Part shown: positions 34,046 through 45,164 of the stretch, one piece after another
Position numbering within the stretch: the stretch's first letter is position 1
How the letters are laid out: every line of letters starts with the position of its first letter
Virus record (IMG/VR): IMGVR_UViG_3300035208_004516
Coordinates: 1 to 64,000 of that record
Reading direction: 5' to 3' (one strand)
Source of the DNA: a virus
Taxonomy: Duplodnaviria; Caudoviricetes
DNA: 64,000 nt
Program-made: the position numbers and the translations under genes
The notes under the pieces: model-generated
Told to the model about the DNA's origin: nothing
The model's database searches: none
Seen by the model: only the letters and a program-made list of their open reading frames with translations

Positions 34046-35057
34046 TAAAAGGATTACAAGAATAAAAATTTACTAATATTATACTGCTTGGTTGTTTGTT
34101 TGTGGTATAACTGTTTTGGATTTGAATTAACTATAATTCTAGTACTCATAGATATAAGAATGATTTTAATATGTAAAGGATCTAAAGATGATAGTGAAAA
34201 GTAAAAAATTAAATTCTGATTCATTAACTCTAGAAATAACTTTAGAAAATTCAGAAGAAATAAGAGCATTAAAAAATATTTTTAATTCTTCAACTATTTT
34301 AGAGTCGATCAGGAAGACCCACAAATTACCTTATAAGTGGGGTTCTCAAATAAATGCAGTTTTACCGTATGATGAAACTTTTAATAAGTTCTCTGATGAA
34401 TTAAATAAAAGAATTAGTGGAGGTTGAATGAATAAAGTATTAAAAAAGATGATATCAGATTCTACAACTAAAACAGAGGAATTTTGCAATATATTATTTG
34501 ATTTATATATTGCTCCATTTTTAGATGAGAATAATCTGTTATTTGATTATGGGATGGGTACAACAGTTTTCAAATATAGAGATTCAATGGAAAAATGTAG
34601 TACTATTCGTGATGATCTAAAGTATTACAATTTAAATAATGAACTAGAGAAAATTTTTACTCAGTCGTGTTTTGAATATAATGACAAACTTAGTGCTATG
34701 TATAATGTTATTTCTGGAATCAAAGATAGTTCAAAAATTAAAAAATATTTATATTTCTTATTTATATAAATTTAATTAAAAAAGTTATCAGCAACATACA
34801 ACAAAAATTATTGGATAAAGAATGTGGTAATTGTTGTTGCTGTAATTATTCAAAAGGAAAAAGTGAAAATAAAAAAATATAATTACTCAAATTATAAGAT
34901 CAATTGAAGTATACTGAATGTCCGAAAAGTAGATGTTCTTTTAGAGATCAAAAAAATTATGGAGAATCTGAAAAAGGATTATGTGAAGTAGTTAGTTCTG
35001 AATCATATTATATAAATAAAGAAACCAATGAAATAAAAAATTAAAAAGGAGATTGTT

Positions 35058-35432
35058 ATGTTAAAATTGTATTTTATGCCGCAAGAATCTAAGTATTATA
35101 TTAATTTACAAATTGTTACTAAAAATGTAAAAATAGGTAAAAAAATAATTGGAAAAAATGTAGCTGGAGTTTGTAAATATAATGCCAAATCTAAAAATGA
35201 TTGTTTAGGAAAAATAATCATATCAAGCAAATGTCCTTTGTTATCAACATTAGTTCATGAAATTACCCATGCGGCTATGTATTATATATCAGATAAGATA
35301 TTAAGAAATGTTGAAGTGGAAAATATTGATGATAAATCAACGCAAAATGAAAATTTTTTTATTGAATGTTTTGCTTCTATAACAGAAAATTTGATGAGAG
35401 AGTTTGAAGAATCTATTGCTTGTCATTCATAA
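35058..35432 (+). CDS. Putative HExxH metalloprotein
   Basis: TLVHEITHAA with downstream E. Confidence 0.5.
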   Translation: MLKLYFMPQESKYYINLQIVTKNVKIGKKIIGKNVAGVCKYNAKSKNDCLGKIIISSKCPLLSTLVHEITHAAMYYISDKILRNVEVENIDDKSTQNENFFIECFASITENLMREFEESIACHS

Positions 35433-35442
35433 AGTTGTACAA

Positions 35443-35485
35443 AAAAATATAATATGGTCCCTATGTGAGACCATATTATATTTTT
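35443..35485. terminator. Bidirectional terminator
   Basis: AAAAATATAATATGGTC / GACCATATTATATTTTT stem between convergent genes. Confidence 0.75.
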
Positions 35486-35608
35486 AATTATATCATTTTA
35501 ATTGATCTAAAATTCATCCTTTCTTTTTTATATTCTGTTAATTTTCAATTATTTCATAATGACAACTGCAAAAAAATGTATCAATTATTCTTTTCTAAAA
35601 GAATTATT

Positions 35609-36292
35609 TTATTGATAAGATAAAATTACATTCTTTAAAGCAGTTTCAATTTTGTAAAGATTTAATATGTAATTTTTATCTCGTTTATATAGTAAATTAC
35701 GTTGAGATATTTTTTTTTTGCATTCTGAATCCTTTATATATTTTTCTTTGAACCATTTTAAAGATCGTTGTAATTTTTTTCTTCTATATTCTGGATCAGT
35801 TGCATATCTTTCTTTCATTCGTTGTAAATGTTTTCTTCTATATTCTACATTAGTTGCATATCTTTCTTTTGTTCGTTGTAACTTTTTTTTTCTATGTTCT
35901 GAATCAATCCAATATTTTTCTTTCTTTCTTTTGTTTAATTTTTTTCTGTATTCTGAATCAGTTGTATATCTTTCTTTCTTCTGTTGTGAATTTTTTCTTT
36001 TGTATTCTGGATCAGTTGCATATCTTTCTTTCTTTCGTTGTAAATGTTTTCTTCTATATTCTGGATCAGTTGCATATCTTTCTTTGTTTCGTTGTAACTT
36101 TTTTTTTCTATATTCTGGATCAGTCTCATATCTTTCTTTCTTTCGTTGTAAATGTTTTCTTCTATATTCTGGATCAGTTGCATATCTTTCTTTCATTCGT
36201 TGTGAAATTTTTTTTTTATATTCTGGATCAGTCTTATATTTATTTTTGCGCCAGTTTTTTATATATTCTTTCCTATAATCTGAAATTTTCAT
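35609..36292 (-). CDS. Highly basic protein of 18-aa (54-bp) tandem repeats
   Basis: About 10 copies of KERYATDPEYRRKxLQRx. Confidence 0.75.
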   Translation of the reverse strand: MKISDYRKEYIKNWRKNKYKTDPEYKKKISQRMKERYATDPEYRRKHLQRKKERYETDPEYRKKKLQRNKERYATDPEYRRKHLQRKKERYATDPEYKRKNSQQKKERYTTDSEYRKKLNKRKKEKYWIDSEHRKKKLQRTKERYATNVEYRRKHLQRMKERYATDPEYRRKKLQRSLKWFKEKYIKDSECKKKISQRNLLYKRDKNYILNLYKIETALKNVILSYQ

Positions 36293-36434
36293 TATATTTT
36301 TCCTTTAATAAAAAGAGATTAATTTTTATAATTAATCTCTTTTCATTTTAAAGTTATTTACATTTTGGAAATTATCTCTTCTAACATTTTTTTATTAAAT
36401 GTTATCGGAGCATACACTATTAACTTTTTTCCTT

Positions 36435-36710
36435 TTACTCGATAACTAGCTTTATTCGGTTCAATCTCCTGATTCTTCCCATAGTTGTGTCTATCCATCC
36501 TTCTATTACTATTTCTCCTGTATGTACCTTATCATGACATGTACCACATATGCTACTTATATTGTTTGATTGATTGTAATGTTCTACTCTTCTTCCATTT
36601 AAATGATGTGTTATTAATATTGTCTTAGTTTTACATATGTCACATGTTGCATTTCCACTTCGGTTCATCTTTGATCTTATTGACATTGTTATTGTTGTTT
36701 TTCTTTTCAT
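36435..36710 (-). CDS. Small HNH-like protein
   Basis: CDIC...THHL...N...CGTCHDKVH. Confidence 0.6.
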   Translation of the reverse strand: MKRKTTITMSIRSKMNRSGNATCDICKTKTILITHHLNGRRVEHYNQSNNISSICGTCHDKVHTGEIVIEGWIDTTMGRIRRLNRIKLVIE

Positions 36711-37459
36711 TCTATTTTCCTTGTTAACAGTTAGATTAGTGGAAGTGTATGCCTTTAAAAAAATTTATAATTATATAAATCGTTAAGTAAAAAATTGTTT
36801 CTTGTAATTAAAAATAATTTAGTGGAGGAGATATGAATGAAAACCAAATTAATTTAAAATAGAATTGTCAAAAAAGATTTGATAATTGCTATAAAGGAGT
36901 CAGTAAAACTTTATTCTCATTATGCAGTTTTATTTAATCAGTTTGACGGAGGAAAAAGATTACAGTTTTGTAATTCTGAAAAATGGGTTGAAAAATTAAT
37001 AAACTAAAAATATATCAATGTAGAAAATTAGTTTATAAGAAAGTATAATATATGGATGTGTTTATAATAGTTGGAACTACTGTATTTTGTCTTGAACATT
37101 TTAAGAATAAAGTTAACTATCTTGAAAATTTTTTAGCGGCTTTAATATGTGGTCTAATGTATCCTATAATTTTAGGAATTTTGTTATGTAATATAATACT
37201 ATTGTTGGAAAAGATAAATGAGAAAATCAATGTAATAAGAAGAATAGATGATGAAGTTAATAATTAAATTTGTAGTAGTGATACTTGTAATTAGTTTGTC
37301 ATTTGTATTCTTAAATCCATCTCTCAAAAAAAATGATATGTTGTGTCTTGTATATGGACATTGTAAATTTAAGCCTTTAAAAGATGTTAGTAAGAATTAT
37401 GAATTCAAGTGTCTATTTCAGATTCTCTTAAAGATATTGAAGGATTTGTTTTAGTTAAT

Positions 37460-40400
37460 ATAAATGTATAATGTTAATAAGTTATTAGAAATGAAAAAGT
37501 AAAATTCGTTGTTGTTGATGATAGTAAGATTTCTTGGTCTCCACTTGTCGTAATTCAAAATTAAGCCTTTTAATGCGTTGTTGGTTGTTTAGTAGGATAT
37601 GGTATTCATTCCTTTATATTTTGGTTATTATATTCTGTGGTTTTGTTTTTTAAGGGTGTTATAGTTTTTAGTTAGTCCGTTGTAAGTAATTATAGTTGAT
37701 CCTTTTTGAATCCGAGATGAGTAGTTCCTTTAAAAACCATTGTAAGTAGAATTGAAAAATTTTATAAAAAAATTTTTATAGGGTGTACTACTTATTATTA
37801 TCCCTATATTTTTGAAATTATAATCTACAAGCTCCTATAATGTCACTTTGTTATAAAATTCATTTTCAAATTTCAAAAAATAGGAAAATCTGAGGCAGCT
37901 ATTAGATCACGTACTTTTACACCCTACGGGGTTACAAATCAAACATATCTTAGGCTACGGGGGCCACCACCCTCTACTACAGTTCTAACTGAACTTATTA
38001 GATACCAAAACAAACATCTAAAACTACTCATCACTTAATTAACAATACGGGTTTATAAAATCCACATAGTCATAAATCAAAACAATGATGATACATACTT
38101 TTTTAATATGAGTAACAAGAATTGATCCAGTTTTTTTATCATATTTTATTTCCTAAACATTTAATATGAATTTTGATAAGTACAATTATATTGATTATTT
38201 AGATACATAACCTAATTTGTTTAACTTTATAATAATTTGTTGTTTTTTTGAATTTCTTGTTTTAAAATCCATGAAACTCCCATAATCATCTCTTTTAAAT
38301 ATATCACTATTTTTATGATATTTAATTTTCAATTGTGGGTAGTATATATAATAAGCTTTTATTTTTGCGCGACTGATACACAGCATGAATAAAAGAGCAG
38401 ATATTTTTTTTCTTTATAACATTGAGCTAATGCATAATCATTAATTTGTTTTTGAAAATGATTTATGATCATTAGATGTTATTCATCCCCTATGAGTAGT
38501 TTATTTTCTATTATCTTAATTCTGGTCATAATTAATTTCCTTCTAATTTTTTGTGTAGAAATAAGACTATACTATTTAAATTATATCTACAATACTTAAT
38601 CCACCCAAGATATTATATTATCTATAACATCTTGCAACCACCCATCTTAATAAAACTATATAGGACAGCGTTTGGTTATTGACCGATCTATACTACTTAT
38701 CCTGTAGCACCTATAATCATCTTAAAATAAGATAACAGAATTAAATTTCCTTAATAACTACTTAAAGTTATTTAAAATCTACTCTATATAATTTATTCAT
38801 TGAAACATATAAGATCGAATTATTAATAAAAAATACAATTCATGAAACAGTATATGAAATATGTATAAACCACCAACAATGGCATTATAAGAGCTTGTAG
38901 AGGAATTTAAGTAAATAAAACAATGACTTTTCTATATAGGTCACAATGAATTTAATAAAAAATATAATAAGATAAACATTAAACAAACAAAAGAAATCTA
39001 GATTAAGTAGAAATTATATAGTTATTAAAAAAATTAATATGTATAATAAACTACTCTATCATTAAACCTTATATATAACAATCATTAATAAGTAACTAAA
39101 TTACAAAATCTATTTATAAAGGATAAAAAATTACTTCTTACTATAAAAACTTGTATATAAACCATAAGTAAAGTATATAAATTCAATAACATCTTGTAAT
39201 ATAAATAACCCATAATAAAGTAGACCATTTATAATAATTTTACTTATAACTATCCTTATTATATAAACAATGACTTCTCCATATAGGTTTCAATGATTTA
39301 ATCTGTTATAAAGTAGTTATTAAAGCAACCTTGAAATCTTATCTCTTTATCCTTATCATTCAATGACTTTCCTATATAGGTCACAATGATTTTTATTTTC
39401 CACTTTATTACTCATAATTTTCTTGTAAGTAGTTGAACTTGTAAGCCGTTACAGAAGAACTTCTTTTAAAAACCTTTTTGATTGATCTATCCATTCCACT
39501 CCATTTCTGTTTTAAAGTGGTTTAATTTAATAATTATTGTGGTTCAATGACTTTCCTGTATAGGTCATCATGATTTTTTATTTTCCTTTGTTAAGTAGTT
39601 TGTCTTCTGATTATCTTGAATGTGTTTTCTGTTGAGTAGTTGATAGTTTTGATTTGTTAGTTGTATAATATGTGTAACCACTTGAACTTGTTAGCCGTTA
39701 TCCAGTTTTAAGTTTTATTCCATCTATTTTTGTTTTTTGTAAAATATTTGTAAGCCAGTATCTAAGTTTAAATTAAGTAGAGTAGTAAAATAGTGATTGA
39801 TTTGTGATAAGATAGAATATGAAAGGATCTGGCTTTCTGTAAAATATTTGTAAGTAGTTGTATTTGTAAGCCAGTATCTAAGTTTAGATTTGGATTGGTG
39901 ATGGGATTTAGATGAGTAGAAATAAGGGTTTTGGAGCAGTTTTAAGTAGATGATAGATTGTGATAAGTAGTCTTTTAACTTACTCTGAGTAGAACAATCT
40001 CTCGGACTTCTACTCACAAATATCTACTCATTAGCAATCAAACAGAATCAAAAACGACATAACAACAGATTCATTAACAGATCAGAATCAAAAACAAAAA
40101 TCTGATTCTCAACAGAAATCAATCAATCTGAAAACTTGATCTTACAAACTGCAAAAAAACCAGGATACAAGAATCAGAAACTACTTATCAAGGATAACAG
40201 TATTATATAGCTACTTAGCAGAGTCAAAAACTAACAAACTCAAAAAACAAACAATAATTAAGAAAATAACATAAAAAACAAAGATAGGACTATATAGACA
40301 GGAGACAACAAGAAAGATAACCAAGGATAAACAACACTAACAAAACCACATTAAACGACTTAAAAGGGATAAAGGAAGATATACAGGACTTACTTTGAAT

Positions 40401-40480
40401 ATAGGATCACTGTTATATATATAAATCTTTGAATATAGGACTTTATTCAACAAACTAATTAAATCAACAGAAAGGAGGGA
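37460..40480. other. ~3 kb largely non-coding region, origin or genome-terminus candidate
   Basis: No credible long ORFs, iterated repeats, strand composition flips near 40000. Confidence 0.55.
38921..39573 (+). repeat. Four copies of a 29-bp repeat CAATGACTTTCCTATATAGGTCACAATGA
   Basis: Copies at 38921, 39268, 39361 and 39545, with irregular spacing. Confidence 0.9.
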
Positions 40481-40483
40481 AAC

Positions 40484-41065
40484 ATGATAATATACAAAAA
40501 GTACACAATAGGGATAACATTTAGGATAGAAGTAGGATATTACGTACACAACACAACAGAAAGGATACAAAAGGACACATTATATTACATATCAGATATG
40601 CATCAACTTTTTATATTTACAAAAGAACCAATAGAAATAGAACTTAAGGATATAATCTTAATAGATTTAGAAAGATATAATAAACGATTAAACAACATAG
40701 GCATATATCCAGATCAAATGGAATTAAAAATATTAACAGTATATATAGGGGTAAAAGAAATAACTACCATAGGTACATACAGATTTATAACAACAAACGA
40801 TCCCAGAATGTTTTTTTCATCTAACTTAGTAGTGGATGAAACTACTATACCAGAGATCAACAAAAGATTTATAAGATTATTATCAACTGAAGGTCTAACA
40901 GAATATATAGTAACATGTTGTACATGTAATATAGACATAACAAAAACAACAGCACATTACTTAAAATATCCAGGATACTGTCCAACATGTTTAGGTGACA
41001 AAGGATACGAATCATACAAATCTATATTAGACGCACAGATAGCATACAAACTACTAACAACTTAA
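40484..41065 (+). CDS. Constant-tail Zn-finger paralog 1
   Basis: CxxC...CxxC then DAQIAYKLLTT*. Confidence 0.85.
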   Translation: MIIYKKYTIGITFRIEVGYYVHNTTERIQKDTLYYISDMHQLFIFTKEPIEIELKDIILIDLERYNKRLNNIGIYPDQMELKILTVYIGVKEITTIGTYRFITTNDPRMFFSSNLVVDETTIPEINKRFIRLLSTEGLTEYIVTCCTCNIDITKTTAHYLKYPGYCPTCLGDKGYESYKSILDAQIAYKLLTT

Positions 41066-41081
41066 CAAAGAAAGGAATTTA

Positions 41082-41684
41082 ATGAAGATAGAAGAAGCAT
41101 TATACTTTATAAAGGTAACATTTAAAGATCAAACAACTTTGGATACATTAACAAAATTGGCATTAAAAGAAAAAAGGACTAAACACTTCATAACAATAAA
41201 AAACAAATCATCTACACACTACACTAAATCTGAATTAGAATTTTATTATTATCATAGTATATATGAAACATTTCAACCTGAAATAGCATTAACACAATCT
41301 AAAAACCCTGCACATTATAGACATTTACATGAAACAATACATACTATCAATTACCTTCAAAACATAATAGAATCTTATTTACCATCAGAAACATACAAAG
41401 TAGAAACTGTATATAATTATATAATGACAGGCAAATTACAAATAATATCTAATTATATATTTCACAGTACAGATATTGAATCTTGGAGCATGATTCCATA
41501 CTCAGCAATAATATTTGAACACCTGCCGCAACTACCATTATACATATGTGACAACTGTCATATTTTAACATGTTATGGAACATCCATAGATTATGATCAT
41601 CATTTATGTTCAGTATGTAATAACACATCTAACGATCAAAGGATTAAAGACGCACAGATAGCATACAAACTACTAACAACTTAA
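41082..41684 (+). CDS. Constant-tail Zn-finger paralog 2
   Basis: CDNC...CSVC then DAQIAYKLLTT*. Confidence 0.85.
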   Translation: MKIEEALYFIKVTFKDQTTLDTLTKLALKEKRTKHFITIKNKSSTHYTKSELEFYYYHSIYETFQPEIALTQSKNPAHYRHLHETIHTINYLQNIIESYLPSETYKVETVYNYIMTGKLQIISNYIFHSTDIESWSMIPYSAIIFEHLPQLPLYICDNCHILTCYGTSIDYDHHLCSVCNNTSNDQRIKDAQIAYKLLTT

Positions 41685-41705
41685 CAAAGAAAGGGATAAG
41701 AAGGA

Positions 41706-42326
41706 ATGAAAATAGAACAACTTTACTTTATAAAGGTAACATTTAAAGACGCATTAACATTAGATACATTAATAGAAAAGACAATAATAGAAAAGACAAT
41801 AAGAAGGAAAAGTAATCAAAATTTTATATCAATAACAAACAAAAAGAACAAAGATTCCACTTGTTCTGAATTAGAATTTTACTATGATCGGAGCCCATCT
41901 CTGGCATCTCCATTTGCAATGGCATTAACTCAAACTGAAAAGCCAACACATTATAATTATTTACATGAAACAACAGATACTATCAATTACATCAGTAAAA
42001 TAATGGAATCTTATTTACCATCAGAAACATATAAAATAGAATCTGTATATAATTATATAATAAAAGGCAAAATCCAAATAATATCTGAATATATGTTTCA
42101 CAGTAGAGATATAAAATCTTGGATTATGATTCCATATAATGATAACAACACTAAAAGAAATATACATACACCATTATACATATGTGACAACTGTCATATT
42201 TTAACATATTATGGATCATCTAAAGGTAATAGTTATAATCAACATATATGCGCAGTATGTGATAACACATCTAACGATCAAAGGATTAAAGACGCACAGT
42301 TAGCCTATAAACTATTAACTACTTAA
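41706..42326 (+). CDS. Constant-tail Zn-finger paralog 3
   Basis: CDNC...CAVC then DAQLAYKLLTT*. Confidence 0.85.
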   Translation: MKIEQLYFIKVTFKDALTLDTLIEKTIIEKTIRRKSNQNFISITNKKNKDSTCSELEFYYDRSPSLASPFAMALTQTEKPTHYNYLHETTDTINYISKIMESYLPSETYKIESVYNYIIKGKIQIISEYMFHSRDIKSWIMIPYNDNNTKRNIHTPLYICDNCHILTYYGSSKGNSYNQHICAVCDNTSNDQRIKDAQLAYKLLTT

Positions 42327-42347
42327 AAGGACAAAGAAAGGGATTTA

Positions 42348-42938
42348 ATGAAGATGTACCCATATTACAATATAAAAGTAACATTTAAGAATAAGGAGAC
42401 TATAAATGAATTAAATAGATTACTAACATTTTACAAAGACACATTATTTAACAATTCTTCAAATCAACATTACACTAAATCTGAATTAGAATTTTATTTA
42501 AGCAAACCCTCATTACCAAGTCGAGAATTGACTCAAACTAATTATCCTACATATTATAGACAATTAAAAGATACAAAAAACGATTACAACTTAATAAGTC
42601 ACAAATTAGGAACTTATTTGGATTCTAACTCTTACAGAATAGACACTCTATTAAATTACATATTTATAGGTCAAATATACAACATATCTGAATACATGTT
42701 TTATTATATGCATATTGATTTATATACTATAATTCCATACAGAGGTGCAAATAGAGACAATTCATATGAATCACTATATGCATGTAATAAATGCAACATA
42801 TTAACAACGTCTGCTGAATATTATAATAACCACTTACATGAAATTGATGATCACCATTTATGTCATGTATGCAATGGGACCAGCAATGATCAAAAGATTA
42901 AAGATGCACAAATAGCATACAAACTACTAACAACTTAA
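42348..42938 (+). CDS. Constant-tail Zn-finger paralog 4
   Basis: CNKC...CHVC then DAQIAYKLLTT*. Confidence 0.85.
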   Translation: MKMYPYYNIKVTFKNKETINELNRLLTFYKDTLFNNSSNQHYTKSELEFYLSKPSLPSRELTQTNYPTYYRQLKDTKNDYNLISHKLGTYLDSNSYRIDTLLNYIFIGQIYNISEYMFYYMHIDLYTIIPYRGANRDNSYESLYACNKCNILTTSAEYYNNHLHEIDDHHLCHVCNGTSNDQKIKDAQIAYKLLTT

Positions 42939-42967
42939 CTATTTAAAAACAAGAAAGGAGAGAATAG

Positions 42968-43513
42968 ATGATAATAAACAAAAAATACTGCATAGGAATA
43001 ATAACAAAAGACATTAACTTCTGGAATCGTAATTGGGTAGACAACGATGGATATATGTTAACTAAGTTAACTAAGAACAAAGAATATATTTATTGGTTAA
43101 CTAGTAAATATAACACATTCAGATTATCTTTATATGAAACATTTTATGATGATTTACCAACATGTGAATCTATATATAAAGAATTTCATGAATATATAAC
43201 TACAATGGAATATACAGTGGATATTAATATTTACTCTATTTACATAAAAGTAAAGATACATGATATAGGAACATATAGATTTATAAAATTGAACTCTAAT
43301 AATGATGGTAGGAATACTACTATATTGGATGATAGAGTAGATTCAAACATGTATATTTATATATGTGATAAATGCGGAATTGATCTTAGTGATATAGATG
43401 TACATAAGGATTGTTATAAATCACATTGTCCAGTATGTAAAGAAGACAAAAATCACAAATCTTATCAACAAATAAGAGATGCTCAGATAGCATACAAACT
43501 ACTAACAACTTAA
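42968..43513 (+). CDS. Constant-tail Zn-finger paralog 5
   Basis: CDKC...CPVC then DAQIAYKLLTT*. Confidence 0.85.
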   Translation: MIINKKYCIGIITKDINFWNRNWVDNDGYMLTKLTKNKEYIYWLTSKYNTFRLSLYETFYDDLPTCESIYKEFHEYITTMEYTVDINIYSIYIKVKIHDIGTYRFIKLNSNNDGRNTTILDDRVDSNMYIYICDKCGIDLSDIDVHKDCYKSHCPVCKEDKNHKSYQQIRDAQIAYKLLTT

Positions 43514-43531
43514 CAAGAAAGAAGATAAATA

Positions 43532-44065
43532 ATGATGATACAAAAGAAATACATAATAGGAATAACAACTCAAGATACAAAGTTCTGGAATTACAAATGG
43601 ATGGATGAAGATACGTATTTAACAAAAAGCACTAATAAATATATCATTTATTTTTTATATTTTCAAAATGACAATATGAAACTATCTAAAAATCCAACAT
43701 ATTATTACACAAGTATAAACTTATTAAAATCTCGAATTGTAGAATTTAATATGTTTCTATTAATCAACAATTATAAAGCAGATGTTAAAATATATACTAT
43801 TTATATAAATATACCATCTATTTATAACATAGGAATATATAGATTTTTCACAATTGAATATAATACTAGACATATAATATTAGATAATAAGATAGATTCA
43901 ACGTATACTCATATTTGTGATAAATGCGGAATTGATCTTAGTGATATAGATGTACAGATGGATTGTGATAAAGCTTGTTGTCCAGCATGTAAAGAAAATA
44001 AAAACCACAAATTTTATCAACAAATAAGAGATGCACAATTAGCATTAAAATTAATTAATTCGTAG
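43532..44065 (+). CDS. Constant-tail Zn-finger paralog 6
   Basis: CDKC...CPAC then DAQLALKLINS*. Confidence 0.85.
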   Translation: MMIQKKYIIGITTQDTKFWNYKWMDEDTYLTKSTNKYIIYFLYFQNDNMKLSKNPTYYYTSINLLKSRIVEFNMFLLINNYKADVKIYTIYINIPSIYNIGIYRFFTIEYNTRHIILDNKIDSTYTHICDKCGIDLSDIDVQMDCDKACCPACKENKNHKFYQQIRDAQLALKLINS

Positions 44066-44077
44066 AAAGGAGAACGT

Positions 44078-44606
44078 ATGAATACAATGCAAATGAATGG
44101 TATACATTTAGATATAGGATGTGGATATGGAAAGATTCAAGGATACGTAGGGATGGATAAAAAGATATAAAAGGACATGTTGATATAGTTCATGACATGG
44201 AAACATTTCCATATCCACTCAGCTCAGATTCATGTGAAACTATCAGATGCAATCAAGTAGTAGAACATTTAAAACCATGGTTAATAATGGACATATTTGA
44301 TGAAATGTGGAGAATACTTATAGAAACTGGAAAGATATACATAACAACACCAGTAGCTGGATCTTTTCTATTTGAATTAGATCCAACTCATACAAAAGGA
44401 TGGACTAAGAACACAATTCAATATTTTGATCCAAGGAGATTCTTATATTCAATATACAGATCAAAACCATGGTTAATAAGATCTATAGAAGAAAAAATGA
44501 CATATTAACATTTATAATAGAAAAGATATCAGAAACAGAAGGTGACAGACTATACAAAGAATCTCAAATAAAAGGATTTGATAAAGAAATAAAATTGATA
44601 CTATAG
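44078..44606 (+). CDS. Class I SAM methyltransferase with two poly-A frameshifts
   Basis: HLDIGCG..K..GYVGMD, DIVHD...FPYP, VVEHL, DE.WRIL...G, DPTH; indels near 44160 and 44495. Confidence 0.75.
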
Positions 44607-44617
44607 AAAGGAGATAA

Positions 44618-45154
44618 ATGATAATTAGTCATGGAATGAATTTTTTAAAAGTAAAATTTCACAATTTAAATCTTTTAAAATGGTTAATTAATTCAGATAT
44701 AATAAAAATAGAAACTAGCAATGGGGAAGGATATATTAATGAGTTACAAATAGATCCAATATCAATAAGAAGAAAAATTGAATATACCAATAATTATTAT
44801 ATATCAACTTCACCTCTTAATTTTTCTCATGTTATTGCATTATTGACTTATTATTGCAAAAAGGAAGATTTGGATATAAACGTAGGATTTTTATTTCATT
44901 CTTATTATTATACATTAGTAACTGTTGGAAATTATGAATTTATTATAGAATCTGAAGTACCTAATCATTTTGAATCCTATCAAACTACTAAAAATGAAAT
45001 AACCATATGTACACAATGCAATATTAATGCTAGTAATATAACTTACGATACTCAAGATTTTGATTGTATATGTGATGTATGTAGAAATAAAAAAGTAAAG
45101 GATAAGGAGAAAATAAAAGCTGCACAAATAGCATATAAACTGATATATCAATAG
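44618..45154 (+). CDS. Constant-tail Zn-finger paralog 7
   Basis: CTQC...CDVC then AAQIAYKLIYQ*. Confidence 0.8.
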   Translation: MIISHGMNFLKVKFHNLNLLKWLINSDIIKIETSNGEGYINELQIDPISIRRKIEYTNNYYISTSPLNFSHVIALLTYYCKKEDLDINVGFLFHSYYYTLVTVGNYEFIIESEVPNHFESYQTTKNEITICTQCNINASNITYDTQDFDCICDVCRNKKVKDKEKIKAAQIAYKLIYQ

Positions 45155-45164
45155 AAAGGAGAAT

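Noticed and set aside
35718-36351. Plus-strand hydrophobic ORFs of 186 and 165 aa
   Set aside because: Antisense shadows of the 54-bp repeat gene
38921-39573. CRISPR array
   Set aside because: Only four degenerate repeats, with gaps of 64-318 bp; no regular spacers and no cas operon
38195-40570. Short ORFs inside the non-coding region (38195, 39724, 40337)
   Set aside because: No clear RBS, overlap repeats, low-complexity translations
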